DNA from: Candidatus Multivoradales bacterium | GTDB taxonomy: Bacteria > Acidobacteriota > Thermoanaerobaculia > Multivoradales > Multivoraceae | Direction of reading: 5' to 3' | Length of the DNA: 64,000 bases | Assembly: GCA_965223325.1 (NCBI GenBank) | Contig: CBDCWI010000001.1 | Coordinates: 512,001 to 576,000 of the forward strand | Shown: positions 9,883-20,834 of the stretch, piece after piece | Numbering within the stretch: the first letter of the stretch is position 1 | How the letters are laid out: the number at the start of each line of letters is the position of its first letter | Position numbers and translations under genes: made by a program | Notes under the pieces: model-generated | What the model saw: only the letters and a program-made list of their open reading frames with translations | Databases searched by the model: none | Told to the model about the DNA's origin: nothing

Positions 9883-11677
9883 CGGCCGCCTCACCGCCCG
9901 CACTATGCGGCTCGACCAGCATGCGCCCCCTCATCTCGAGGTGAAGCGCCGAGCAGAACCAGGTGCAGTAGTACCAGAACGTCCCCGGCCGATCGGCAAC
10001 GAACGTCACGTCTCGTGTCTGGCCGGGGTCGAGCGCGACGTTGATGCCATAGGAGTCGATGGCCAGACCGTGCGACATGTCGCGAATGGTCTCGATATTG
10101 GTCGTGCGGATCGTCACCGTGTCGCCCTCTTTGACGGTGAACGACGGCAGCCCGTACTTCGAACGAATCGCCGTCATGTAGACCATGACCTCGTTCGGTC
10201 CGACCCGCTCGATTCGGCTCTCGCCTTCGGCAACCGCCTCGGGGCTCAACTCCTCGGTCTGGATCACATGCGGCGTCAGATCCGAGGCCAGCATGAACAC
10301 CGCATCGTGCGGTTCGGGCTCCGCCGGAAACGAGCTCAGAAGGCGCATCTGGCTGCCCGAGATGTCGATCAACTCCTGATTCTCGGGCATCGTCGGCCCG
10401 ACCGGGAGAAACATGTCCTTCGAGAGCTTGTTGAGAGCCAACAGATACTCGCCGGTGGGATGCATGGTCTCGGCGAGGGTCGCCTGGGTGTGGCCGACGT
10501 TGTAGTGTACATCGACACGATCGAGAATGTAGTCCGGATCAGCTGCCACCGCCTTGTCGATGTTCCACTTGACGATCTGCGAGTCGACGAACAGCGACGT
10601 GTAGGCGTTGCCTTCTCCGTCGAAGGTCGTATGCAAGGGGCCGAGGCCGACCTCGGCCTCAGCGGCGATCGCCAGGCGCGTGTTCTCCACTTTGTCGATC
10701 TGCGAGATGTCGATGATGGTGACCGTCGGCGAGAGTTTTCCCGACCCGATGACGTAGCGGCCGGTCGGGTCGACGTCGCACCCGTGGGGGTTCTTGGGCA
10801 CCGGAATCACGTAGAGAATCTTAGAGCTCGTCGCGCGCGGATCGAGGACACGCACGCCGTCGATCTCTTCGTACTCGCGGCGATCGAGGGCGTCTTCGGC
10901 GGCGCGAATGTCGATCGCGATGATCGCGTCTTCATCGAGGCGAATCATCTCTTCGACGGTCAGCCCTCCCTCGAGGTTGTAGACCGTGGCAAAGGCCCAG
11001 CGCCCGTCTTTGCTCGAATCGTTGATGTCGGCATTGCCGGGCAGCAGCACCTCGAACTCGACCGCCAGGCTCTCGGGCTCGAGAAACGCCATCACTGCGC
11101 CGTAGCCTTCGTCGTCGGTCTTGTTGCGCGGGATCTCGGCGCGGAACTCACCGTTGACGATGATGTACGAGGTGTCGGGCGACACCACCGCGATCCCGTG
11201 GGTACCGTAGAGATTCGGAATCTTCTCGATGGCAGCGGTTTCGAACGTATCGAGCTCGATCCGTGCAATGCGACTGTTGGCCTTGTCGTTGATCCACAGC
11301 CAGCGGCCGTCGTAGTCGCCCGCCGTCTCCGAAAGGATCGGGTGATGGGTATCTCCCCAGAACGGACCGCTGGCTCTCAAGCGCTCATAGGTCTCGGTTC
11401 CCGGCACGTTGGCGTAGCCGTAGCCGGCGCGCGGTTCGAACACCGGGATCTGGCGCAGGTAGCGACCCGACGGCAGGCCATAGACATAGACCGACCCGCT
11501 CTGCCCGCCGGAGAGGAAAGCGTAGTACTTGTCCCACTCGCCCACCGGCACATAGACGTCGGCGGCCAGGTCTCCACTCGGCGCCGCGTGCTCCTCTGGT
11601 GGTCCTCCACATCCCGCGAGCGCGAGCACCGCGAGCGCGACGAAGGCCGGGAGGATCCTGGTGCTTGGTTCGTTCAT
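9869..11677 (-). CDS. nosZ: Sec-dependent (clade II) nitrous oxide reductase, lipoprotein
   Basis: CuZ histidines DTHHP, GTHG, NPHG, GPLH, VGH and EPH; CuA motif HG...CTWFCSALHLEM; lipobox LAGC and no twin-arginine motif. Confidence 0.97.
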   Translation of the reverse strand: MNEPSTRILPAFVALAVLALAGCGGPPEEHAAPSGDLAADVYVPVGEWDKYYAFLSGGQSGSVYVYGLPSGRYLRQIPVFEPRAGYGYANVPGTETYERLRASGPFWGDTHHPILSETAGDYDGRWLWINDKANSRIARIELDTFETAAIEKIPNLYGTHGIAVVSPDTSYIIVNGEFRAEIPRNKTDDEGYGAVMAFLEPESLAVEFEVLLPGNADINDSSKDGRWAFATVYNLEGGLTVEEMIRLDEDAIIAIDIRAAEDALDRREYEEIDGVRVLDPRATSSKILYVIPVPKNPHGCDVDPTGRYVIGSGKLSPTVTIIDISQIDKVENTRLAIAAEAEVGLGPLHTTFDGEGNAYTSLFVDSQIVKWNIDKAVAADPDYILDRVDVHYNVGHTQATLAETMHPTGEYLLALNKLSKDMFLPVGPTMPENQELIDISGSQMRLLSSFPAEPEPHDAVFMLASDLTPHVIQTEELSPEAVAEGESRIERVGPNEVMVYMTAIRSKYGLPSFTVKEGDTVTIRTTNIETIRDMSHGLAIDSYGINVALDPGQTRDVTFVADRPGTFWYYCTWFCSALHLEMRGRMLVEPHSAGGEAAGGGR

Positions 11678-12876
11678 CCCGCAGGCTCCACGATGAGAGT
11701 GCCGTTCATGTTTGGGTGTAGCGGCCCGGTGCTGCACTGCGAGGCGCAATAGAAGACAAAGGTACCCGCCTTATCGGCCACAAAAGTCACCGACTTGGGG
11801 CGCTGCACCATCGCGCCGTTGATGAACGCCGCACGGTCGTAGCCGTCGATTGCAAAGCCGTGGCCTGCACCAACACCGTTGTCGGTCGGCTGGAAGTTGA
11901 TCCGCACGACCTGCCCCTCCTGCACACGAATCTCGTTCGGTACGAACTTCCAGTTGCGTTCCAGAAGCTCGACGACCACGTCCGGCTCCCCTAGCGACTC
12001 ACCCTGAACCGCCGCGGCCGGAGTTCCGGTCGAGGACATCTTGTGCTCCGCGAAGCTCATCACGTAGGCCGCCAGGTCCCAGATCTGCTCGGGCTCGTAG
12101 GCGAAGTGAAACGACGGCATGGGCGTACCGTTGTTGCCTGTATGAATCGTGAGCGCAACGTCGGAAAGTGTGTAGCCGCGCTTGAACTGGCCGATCTTGT
12201 GGAAGTTACGAGGCAGGAGAGGATTCCCGAAGTCGTCTTCGATCTCGGCTGCCGACGGCCCATCTCCGTAGCCCAGGGCACCGTGGCACTTGTCACAGTT
12301 GGCTTCGAGATAGAGCGCCCTACCTCGTTCGATGGCCTCGTCTGTGAGTTCCGGTGGCGAGCCCAGCTCGACGATGTCATCGATGGGATCCTCGAAGTAC
12401 TCCGAGAACTTCTTGATGTAGTGCACCACCGCCCAACGGTCCTCCTCGCTCAAGAGGAACTGCCATGGCGGCATACCGGTCCCGTGAAGCCCCGCGGAGA
12501 CCGTTCGAAACAGATCCTGATCCGTGGGCATCTGCTCCTCAGCCGTGGTCTTGAAACGAAACAGTCCGGAGGTAAAGTCGCGTGGCTGGGGCGACATGAA
12601 AGGGGCGCAGACTCCCCCGCCTTCACCTCCCTCACCGTGGCAGGCTGCACAGTTCTCGAGGTACACCTGCTCGCCGCGTTCGAGATCAGGATCAGGTGCT
12701 TCGACCGCCGGAGTCGCGAGCCCGGTCCACGAAATGCGGGTGCCAGCTGGCTCGGCGGTTCTACCGGTCGACACCGCAGACGGCTCGGCTTCGCAGGCGA
12801 GCAGCAAGAGAATCGCCAGCACTGAAAAAACGGCTACAGGCTTCGTCGGCAATCCCAACGCTTCTCTCGGCCGCAT
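11674..12876 (-). CDS. Lipoprotein diheme cytochrome c fused to a C-terminal CuA-like cupredoxin
   Basis: Lipobox LLAC; CAACH and CDKCH with downstream GMPPW / PMPSF; C-terminal GHGFAID...FYCASQCSTGPLHPNM. ATGA overlap with nosZ. Confidence 0.85.
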   Translation of the reverse strand: MRPREALGLPTKPVAVFSVLAILLLLACEAEPSAVSTGRTAEPAGTRISWTGLATPAVEAPDPDLERGEQVYLENCAACHGEGGEGGGVCAPFMSPQPRDFTSGLFRFKTTAEEQMPTDQDLFRTVSAGLHGTGMPPWQFLLSEEDRWAVVHYIKKFSEYFEDPIDDIVELGSPPELTDEAIERGRALYLEANCDKCHGALGYGDGPSAAEIEDDFGNPLLPRNFHKIGQFKRGYTLSDVALTIHTGNNGTPMPSFHFAYEPEQIWDLAAYVMSFAEHKMSSTGTPAAAVQGESLGEPDVVVELLERNWKFVPNEIRVQEGQVVRINFQPTDNGVGAGHGFAIDGYDRAAFINGAMVQRPKSVTFVADKAGTFVFYCASQCSTGPLHPNMNGTLIVEPAG

Positions 12877-13066
12877 GACCCTGAGCTCCTGTGGGCATTG
12901 AAGGGAGGTTCTCAACAGGCTAGACAGGTGCCATCGCGGGGGATAGCTGCGGATTCCCGCAGGCAGTCGCAACCGACACCCAAGTCGATCCTCGACCGAT
13001 CGGGACCACAATCGCCACCCCAGGCGCGAAAGCACCGTCAGGTGAGTCCGCTACGATTCGGCTGAC

Positions 13067-14059
13067 GTGGGCATCGCAGCACCAGTTCAGAGGGCATTGT
13101 TGTCCGGGGCTCTATTCTCGTTCGCCGCTCTGTGGACGCTGGTTGCGGGCGTGTCCGCAGCTGAAACCGACACCACCGCGGCACCGCGCACCGCCGCTGG
13201 CAAGCCGGACCTCGACGGGCTCTGGGACTTCTCCACCCCGGTGCCACTCGAACGACCCGAAGAGGTGGGCGACCGCGCGCTTCTCACTGACGAGGAAGCG
13301 GCGGAGGTCGAAGCGCGCGCCGCAAATGCCCCGCGCGGAGTCTGGTCGGAAGAGACCGCAGGACTTTCTGGCGATCGCCGCACCTCGCTGATCTCAGATC
13401 CTCCGAACGGCCGTTTGCCCGCGACTCGTCCCGGCGTGGTGGTTCAGAGACCGGAGGAGGCCCTCGCGGTCTCGGCGCCCGTTCGCATCAAGGTCGGCGG
13501 CATCGGCACCGACGGGCCCGAGAACCGCGGGCTCTCAGAACGCTGCCTCCTGGGCTTCAACGCCGGACCGCCGATCGTGCCGGGTTTCTACAACCAGAAC
13601 CTCCGTATTGTCCAAAGCGACGACCACGTGGTGCTCTTGACCGAGATGATCCACGATGCACGCATCGTTCCCCTCGCCGACTCGCCGGCAGTCGAGCCAC
13701 TACCGCAGCCGAGGCGCTGGATGGGTACATCCGTCGGCTATTGGGATGGCGACACCCTGGTGGTCGAGACGCTGGGCTGGAAGGACCAAGTCGGCAGTTT
13801 TTCACCGACCCCGTTCGCTGCGACTGGATCGGCGCGCGACATGCACCTCACCGAGCGACTACGTCGGCTCGACCGCGATCGCTTGCGCTACGAGTTCACC
13901 GTCGATGATCCCGCAACCTGGGAGCGTCCGTTCACTGGCGTGCTCCTTTTGAAGCGCAGCACACAGCGAATCTACGAGTACGCCTGTCATGAGGGCAACT
14001 ATCCGCTTCGTCACATTCTGCAGGCGGCGAGAGCGCTCGAGAAGGAGGTTCCACCATGA
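13067..14059 (+). CDS. Conserved secreted hypothetical protein
   Basis: Signal peptide; PDLDGLW, ERC, HDARIVPL, GYWDGDTLVVET and YEYACHEGN, a pattern recalled from an uncharacterised family common in Acidobacteria. Confidence 0.7.
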   Translation: MGIAAPVQRALLSGALFSFAALWTLVAGVSAAETDTTAAPRTAAGKPDLDGLWDFSTPVPLERPEEVGDRALLTDEEAAEVEARAANAPRGVWSEETAGLSGDRRTSLISDPPNGRLPATRPGVVVQRPEEALAVSAPVRIKVGGIGTDGPENRGLSERCLLGFNAGPPIVPGFYNQNLRIVQSDDHVVLLTEMIHDARIVPLADSPAVEPLPQPRRWMGTSVGYWDGDTLVVETLGWKDQVGSFSPTPFAATGSARDMHLTERLRRLDRDRLRYEFTVDDPATWERPFTGVLLLKRSTQRIYEYACHEGNYPLRHILQAARALEKEVPP

Positions 14060-15006
14060 GCTCGGTTCTGCGCCTCCTTAGCGCGATTGTCATCACCGGG
14101 TGCATCTTCGCAACCGCTGTCGGCTCGGCACTGCCGGCACAAAGCGAAGACGAGGAGGTCGACTGGACACAGTTCGTCCAGCGAACGACCCTCGACGGCC
14201 GGCGACTGCACTACGTCCTGCACCCACAACGAGATGTAGAGGCAACCGCTGCGCACGGACCGGCGATCGTTCTGGTTCCGGGCTGGGCCTCGAACAGCTG
14301 GGCGTGGCACAAGCAGAGCCTCACCTTGAGCGACATCGGCCTACCGGTGATCTCGTTTGCGCCGCCGGGTTCAGGGTCCTCACAGGCCCCTCCCGACCCG
14401 CTGACCACCTACACGCTCGACTTCCTGGTCGACGGCGTCAAGAAGGTTCTCGACCACAGCGGCCACCAGCGAGCGATCGTGATGGGTCACTCCAACGGCG
14501 CAGCGGTGGCGCAGCGCTTCTATCGGCGCTTCCCCGAGAAGACGGCCGCCATCGTGTCGATCGACGGCGCCCTACAACCGCTGCTCGAACAGGCGACAGT
14601 CGAGCAGATGGTCGAGCCGCTGCGCTCCGACTCCTGGCGTGAATTCGTCACCCAGATGATCGGCTCGATGCAGACCAGCGCACTTACCGAAGACGAGCGC
14701 CAGGGCCTCGTGACCATGGCGACCCACTACGGCCCCGAGATCCTGGTTGCCACCGCCCTCACCGCCGCGGACCCTCAGATGTGGGGCGACGAACCGATTA
14801 CGGTACCCGTTCTGGCGATCAAGGCGAAGCAACCGACCTGGTCGGCTGCCTACGAAGCAGAGGTACGCGCCCTGGCACCAAAACTGGACTATCGGGTCTG
14901 GGAAGGAGTCGGCCACTTCATCCAACTCGAACGACCCGATGAACTCGAGGCGGCGCTCAGGGAGTTTCTCGTCGACTACGAGTTCATCGAGGGCAACCCG
15001 AACTAG
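14056..15006 (+). CDS. Alpha/beta hydrolase, signal peptide
   Basis: LVPGW, nucleophile elbow GHSNG, C-terminal GHFIQLERP. Confidence 0.85.
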   Translation: MSSVLRLLSAIVITGCIFATAVGSALPAQSEDEEVDWTQFVQRTTLDGRRLHYVLHPQRDVEATAAHGPAIVLVPGWASNSWAWHKQSLTLSDIGLPVISFAPPGSGSSQAPPDPLTTYTLDFLVDGVKKVLDHSGHQRAIVMGHSNGAAVAQRFYRRFPEKTAAIVSIDGALQPLLEQATVEQMVEPLRSDSWREFVTQMIGSMQTSALTEDERQGLVTMATHYGPEILVATALTAADPQMWGDEPITVPVLAIKAKQPTWSAAYEAEVRALAPKLDYRVWEGVGHFIQLERPDELEAALREFLVDYEFIEGNPN

Positions 15007-15050
15007 CTCGCCGAAGAGACGGTGAGTCGCCGGGTTGCTACGATTCCTGG

Positions 15051-16859
15051 ATGGCGACGAGATCTTCGGGCGGACAGTTCCGGGCGTGCCGAGCACGGCG
15101 CGCCGTGCTCGTGGGGGCGACCATCCTGCTGGTCGCCGGCGGACCTTCAGGTCTCGGCGCGCAGGCTTGCGATTTCCGCTCGCTCGCCTCTCCGTGGCCC
15201 GGCTGGGTTCCCGACTGGCCCGGGCAGGGCCGAAACGCCAACGGCAAGACGTCATTTCGAGTCTTCGCCTCCGGGTCAGAGATCGAGAACCTCCACGTCG
15301 AGACACTCGACGCCACCGCAGTCGTGCTGGCGTGGTCGACGGCGGGCGACACCGACTCGGCGGTCGCCTGGTCGTCTGAGCCCACGGGCTGCGAAGTCGG
15401 CTTCCAGCGCAGCGGCGGCCGCCAGCTCCACCGCATGGTCCTTGCACCGCTTGCCCCGAACACGACCTACTGGGCGACGGTGCGGTCTCGCGACGAGAAC
15501 AGCCAGGACACTGAACAGATCTCATTCACCACGCCTCTGCGATCGCCAGCCACCACCCTCAGCTCGTGCCAGGCGATCACCGAGCCCGGCAGCTACCGGG
15601 TCGACAGGAACCTCATCGCACCCTGCACCTGCTTCACCCTCGGCGACGTAGAAGGGGTTGCCATCGACTTCGACTGGCACACCATCCGCTACGCACAGTC
15701 AGATGCAGCGAACGAGTGCCACGCCGTCGAGGTGAGCTACAACACGCGCGATGTCGCAATGCGTAACGGCGTCCTGGTGCAAGGCGACGCCGGCGGCGCA
15801 ACCTACAGCGATGCGATCTTCAACAACTCAGGTGCCGAGATGCTCTTCGAGCGCCTGTGGATCCACGTCTCGAAGTCGGACGCTTCGGGGATCAGGAGCA
15901 TCTTCTCCAACGGCACCATCGCCCGCGACCTGATCGTCGCTTCCGAGGTTCCACACGTGACCAACCGTCACTACCCGGGAAACGCCGGGTTGTTTCTCAG
16001 CGGTTTCCGTACCGATGACAGCGATGACGCCGCCGACCTCTTCTCCATGGAGGTCCACGACAACTTCCTGTTCGGCTTCCCGCAGTGGGGGATCATTCTC
16101 TTCGGTGGTAACCCGCGCAACACCGCGCCACCCGCCGGCGCCCTGCGCGAGGTCTACAACAACCACCTGTTCGGCAACATGATTGCCTCGAACGGCTACG
16201 GCATCGCCGCCTACATCAACCGCGTTGCGATTCACCACAACGAGATCAGGCCGCCCTACAACGGGCGCGGCATCCACCTCACCCACACCGGCTCCACAGT
16301 CACCAAGAACATCGTGCAGACGCTAGAGCGCATTCAAGGCGATCCGGCCGAAGGCTACGTCGACTATTCAGACAAGCACGACGACGCGTCACCCCACGGC
16401 GCCGACGTCTGCGAGTGGCTTCCCGGCCACGGCATTCGCGTCGAAGACGGACGCTACGCCACGATCACCGCCAACGAAGTCCTGGTCGAGACCCTTCCGC
16501 GGGTCACCCTGGGCGCCGTCGGCCTCGACGTGAGCATCTACCCCGAGAACGGCGGACCACTGTCGGGAAGCCAGGTCAACGCCTCGAACAACCATTTCGT
16601 CGCCTGTCGAGCCGAGGGCATGATCTCCTGCCCACGGGAGATTCCGATCTTCGCCGGTTGGTACTGGGGTGAGGCGCCGCTCAGTGCCGGTACGGTCACC
16701 GGAAACCGCTTTCAATCGAATGCCACACCCCTCGAAATCGAACCGGGGCTCGCCAGCGCATCGGGCAACACGCTGGTGAGCGAGAATTGCATCGTGCCCA
16801 TCATGTCGAGCGGTTTCGAGACCGGCGCGCCCGACCGCTGGAGCCGCACGGTTCCGTAG
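15051..16859 (+). CDS. Secreted protein: FN3-like domain plus right-handed beta-helix, C-terminal SGFE motif
   Basis: HRMVLAPLAPNTTYWATVRS (FN3-like); ITEPGSYRVDRNL; Asn-ladder repeats; ends IMSSGFETGAPDRWSRTVP. Confidence 0.7.
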   Translation: MATRSSGGQFRACRARRAVLVGATILLVAGGPSGLGAQACDFRSLASPWPGWVPDWPGQGRNANGKTSFRVFASGSEIENLHVETLDATAVVLAWSTAGDTDSAVAWSSEPTGCEVGFQRSGGRQLHRMVLAPLAPNTTYWATVRSRDENSQDTEQISFTTPLRSPATTLSSCQAITEPGSYRVDRNLIAPCTCFTLGDVEGVAIDFDWHTIRYAQSDAANECHAVEVSYNTRDVAMRNGVLVQGDAGGATYSDAIFNNSGAEMLFERLWIHVSKSDASGIRSIFSNGTIARDLIVASEVPHVTNRHYPGNAGLFLSGFRTDDSDDAADLFSMEVHDNFLFGFPQWGIILFGGNPRNTAPPAGALREVYNNHLFGNMIASNGYGIAAYINRVAIHHNEIRPPYNGRGIHLTHTGSTVTKNIVQTLERIQGDPAEGYVDYSDKHDDASPHGADVCEWLPGHGIRVEDGRYATITANEVLVETLPRVTLGAVGLDVSIYPENGGPLSGSQVNASNNHFVACRAEGMISCPREIPIFAGWYWGEAPLSAGTVTGNRFQSNATPLEIEPGLASASGNTLVSENCIVPIMSSGFETGAPDRWSRTVP

Positions 16860-16956
16860 CACCCACAACTCCGCAGCGCTTTTTCACAGCCACGCCGCTC
16901 GCACCCGCGAACGCGAACGAACTGCGTGGTTCATGATCTATCGCAGCCACTCCTCC

Positions 16957-17035
16957 CGAAATCGAACCGGGGCTCGCAGGCGCATCAGGGCAACACCTTG
17001 GTGAAGAAAACCGCATCGTGGCCATCATGTCGAGC
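16957..17035 (+). repeat. Degenerate direct copy of 16733..16811 (3' end of the upstream gene)
   Basis: Both copies share CGAAATCGAACCGGGGCTCGC...GGGCAACAC...GCATCGTG.CCATCATGTCGAGC, with substitutions and small indels. Confidence 0.85.
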
Positions 17036-17672
17036 TGGTCGGAAGCGGTCGCCGTCCCGTCGCGGCGAACACGCGCCCGCCGTGAATGTGCGGCGAACCC
17101 GCGAGGAACTGGAGCTCGAAGTTCTCTGAGCAGGCCTCGAGGGGCTCCCAGACCTTGCGGCGGAGATCGGCCCGCGCAACGAGCTCCACCCAGAGTGTCT
17201 GCGGAACGCGCTTCTCGGCCCAGACGTCCATGATCAGAAACTGACCCCCGGGACGCAAGAAACCGAACATCTTCTCGAAGACCGACTCCCAATCTGGCAG
17301 GACGCACAAACCGAGAAAGCTCACCACGTAGTCGACCTGACCCACACCAGAGGTGGTCGTCCTCAGGTGTTCTCGCTCGATCGTGCGCGCGTCAGCCTCG
17401 ATGAGCGCGACCTTCTCCTGCCACCCGCAACGCGCTACGCGACGCCGGGCACGCGCGAGCATGCCGGCCGATCCATCGATTCCGATGATCCGTGCCTCGT
17501 CGCCGAGCCTTTCGAGCAACTGAGGAAAGGCCTGACCAGTTCCGCAAGGTAGATCGAGCACGGTTGTCCCGACACCAGGGTCGAGACGGGTAACAGCCTT
17601 GTCGCGGTACGACCGGTAAACGCGCTCGGTTGCCAGGTCGTAGCCATGCGAAAAGTATTCGTACCAGCCCAT
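17025..17672 (-). CDS. Class I SAM-dependent methyltransferase
   Basis: Motif I VLDLPCGTG, IIGIDGSAGML, ADA and LRPGG. Confidence 0.85.
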   Translation of the reverse strand: MGWYEYFSHGYDLATERVYRSYRDKAVTRLDPGVGTTVLDLPCGTGQAFPQLLERLGDEARIIGIDGSAGMLARARRRVARCGWQEKVALIEADARTIEREHLRTTTSGVGQVDYVVSFLGLCVLPDWESVFEKMFGFLRPGGQFLIMDVWAEKRVPQTLWVELVARADLRRKVWEPLEACSENFELQFLAGSPHIHGGRVFAATGRRPLPTSST

Positions 17673-17830
17673 CGCCAGATCATCTCCTGTTCCATCTCCT
17701 TGACCGAGCCACGCTTGCTCGAGGTCTCCCCCGCTGGAAGAATTCAGCCACTCTCACCCGAGGGTAACTGAGCGCCGGGCTCAGATCCTTGGATCCGAGA
17801 AACGATTTGACCACCACCAATCTACAAAGA

Positions 17831-19144
17831 ATGCGCTTGCCGGGTTGCCTGAGCGTGCCCATCCTGGTTCTCCTCCTGGCCGGACTGGTCGTCCTCGCCG
17901 TTTCGCCGGGCTTGATCCTCAAGCGGGCACGAGAGGATGTTCGTGATGTTCCGCTGGCGAGTTGGGAGTCGCCGTACCCAACCAATGAGCCCTCGCGGGC
18001 CGAAGCGCCGAAGGCGTCTCCGAAGTTCCCGAGCGACCGCATGAGCGCCGAAGAGGCGCCCGACTTCGAGCCCGATCCGCGCTGGGTCCCGTCCGGAGCC
18101 CTCGCTGGCGGGAAAGGTATCTCCCGGGTCGTAACCCTACCGACCAGGTCGGGCAGCGGCTTCAGACTCACGATCGAGTACGAGAACGAGCATTTGCTCG
18201 AAGTTCGTGATCCCAAGCCCGACAGCTTCCAGCAACCCCTCGCCTACGACAACTACCGCACCAACCGGCCAACCGGACTCGTTCGCGTCGAGGGGCTCGA
18301 AGAGAGCGAGGGCGAGCGCCTCGCCTTTGCCGTCCGTTGGCGAAGTGGCAAAGGCGAGACCTATCTCATCCAGAGTCATGACTCTCGCGCTCGCTCGGAC
18401 GAGCGAATCTGCCCGTGGTTACGGGAGCGGAGAAAGAGTCACCCCGAACCTGGGCGCCGCTGGCCGCTCCTCAGTGACGCGGCGGCATTGCTGTGCGGTG
18501 CGCGCCGCGTAGGCAACGGCGTCTACGACCTCCGTGCAACGATCGACTTCACCGCCAACCTGGCTGCCGACCCGAAGAAGGCCCTACCGCCCGCCGAGGC
18601 CCTGCCGCCCTATCGAGGGTCTCCAGCTGAGGCCCCACCACGGCCACCGCCACCCGCCGAGGCGCCTGTTGCGAACGCTGGAGACGCGCGCCCCTGGCTC
18701 TTGATCGCGACGCTCTACTCTGGTCGTTCTGGGACCAGCCCAACCGTGAGAATCGAAACCCGCGTCGGCGACCTGGTCATCGACGACCTGGAAGGCGATG
18801 GGGCCGGACCAAAGCTGCGACGCTTCGAGCCCTACGATCAATTGACAGGCCGATTCATCGTGCAGGGAACAGCCCCTGGAGAGTCAGGCCAGCCGCACGG
18901 AGTGGCGCTCGGCGCCATGTGGCTCGATCAGCAGGTCGCGGTACGGATGTTGAAGAGCCAGGGCCTTCCCAACCGGCCCTATCTCTGTGCGCAGCCGGCG
19001 ATCGACTTCGATGAGCAGCTCCTGAGGTCTCCGGACGTGGACACCCTGGCGACCCTTCTCTGCGCCAGTCAGTTCTTCCCCGACGGCGAGTACGACCTGA
19101 GTGCGCTCCCGCAGTTTGGAGTCTCTGGTGCGGGGACGCCCTGA
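17831..19144 (+). CDS. Membrane-anchored hypothetical protein with two internal repeats
   Basis: N-terminal TM; LLCGARRVGNGVYDLRA and LLCASQFFPDGEYDLSA end two halves separated by a Pro-rich linker. Confidence 0.6.
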   Translation: MRLPGCLSVPILVLLLAGLVVLAVSPGLILKRAREDVRDVPLASWESPYPTNEPSRAEAPKASPKFPSDRMSAEEAPDFEPDPRWVPSGALAGGKGISRVVTLPTRSGSGFRLTIEYENEHLLEVRDPKPDSFQQPLAYDNYRTNRPTGLVRVEGLEESEGERLAFAVRWRSGKGETYLIQSHDSRARSDERICPWLRERRKSHPEPGRRWPLLSDAAALLCGARRVGNGVYDLRATIDFTANLAADPKKALPPAEALPPYRGSPAEAPPRPPPPAEAPVANAGDARPWLLIATLYSGRSGTSPTVRIETRVGDLVIDDLEGDGAGPKLRRFEPYDQLTGRFIVQGTAPGESGQPHGVALGAMWLDQQVAVRMLKSQGLPNRPYLCAQPAIDFDEQLLRSPDVDTLATLLCASQFFPDGEYDLSALPQFGVSGAGTP

Positions 19145-19171
19145 TCAAGCGATCCGCTAGAGTGCGTTTCC

Positions 19172-20800
<1,629 letters not shown>

Positions 20801-20834
20801 AGTCCCGACGGCTCAGTTTGAAAGGAGTGGCGCA

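Noticed and set aside
9797-11752. 651-aa plus-strand ORF
   Set aside because: Antisense shadow of nosZ with no motifs, as expected in GC-rich DNA.
12898-12915. TTGA...TCAA upstream of the nos operon as an FNR/DNR box
   Set aside because: The spacer is 10 nt (TTGA-N10-TCAA) rather than the 6 nt of TTGAT-N4-ATCAA.
16733-17035. Possible diversity-generating retroelement VR/TR pair
   Set aside because: Differences include indels and non-adenine substitutions, and no reverse transcriptase is in the window.
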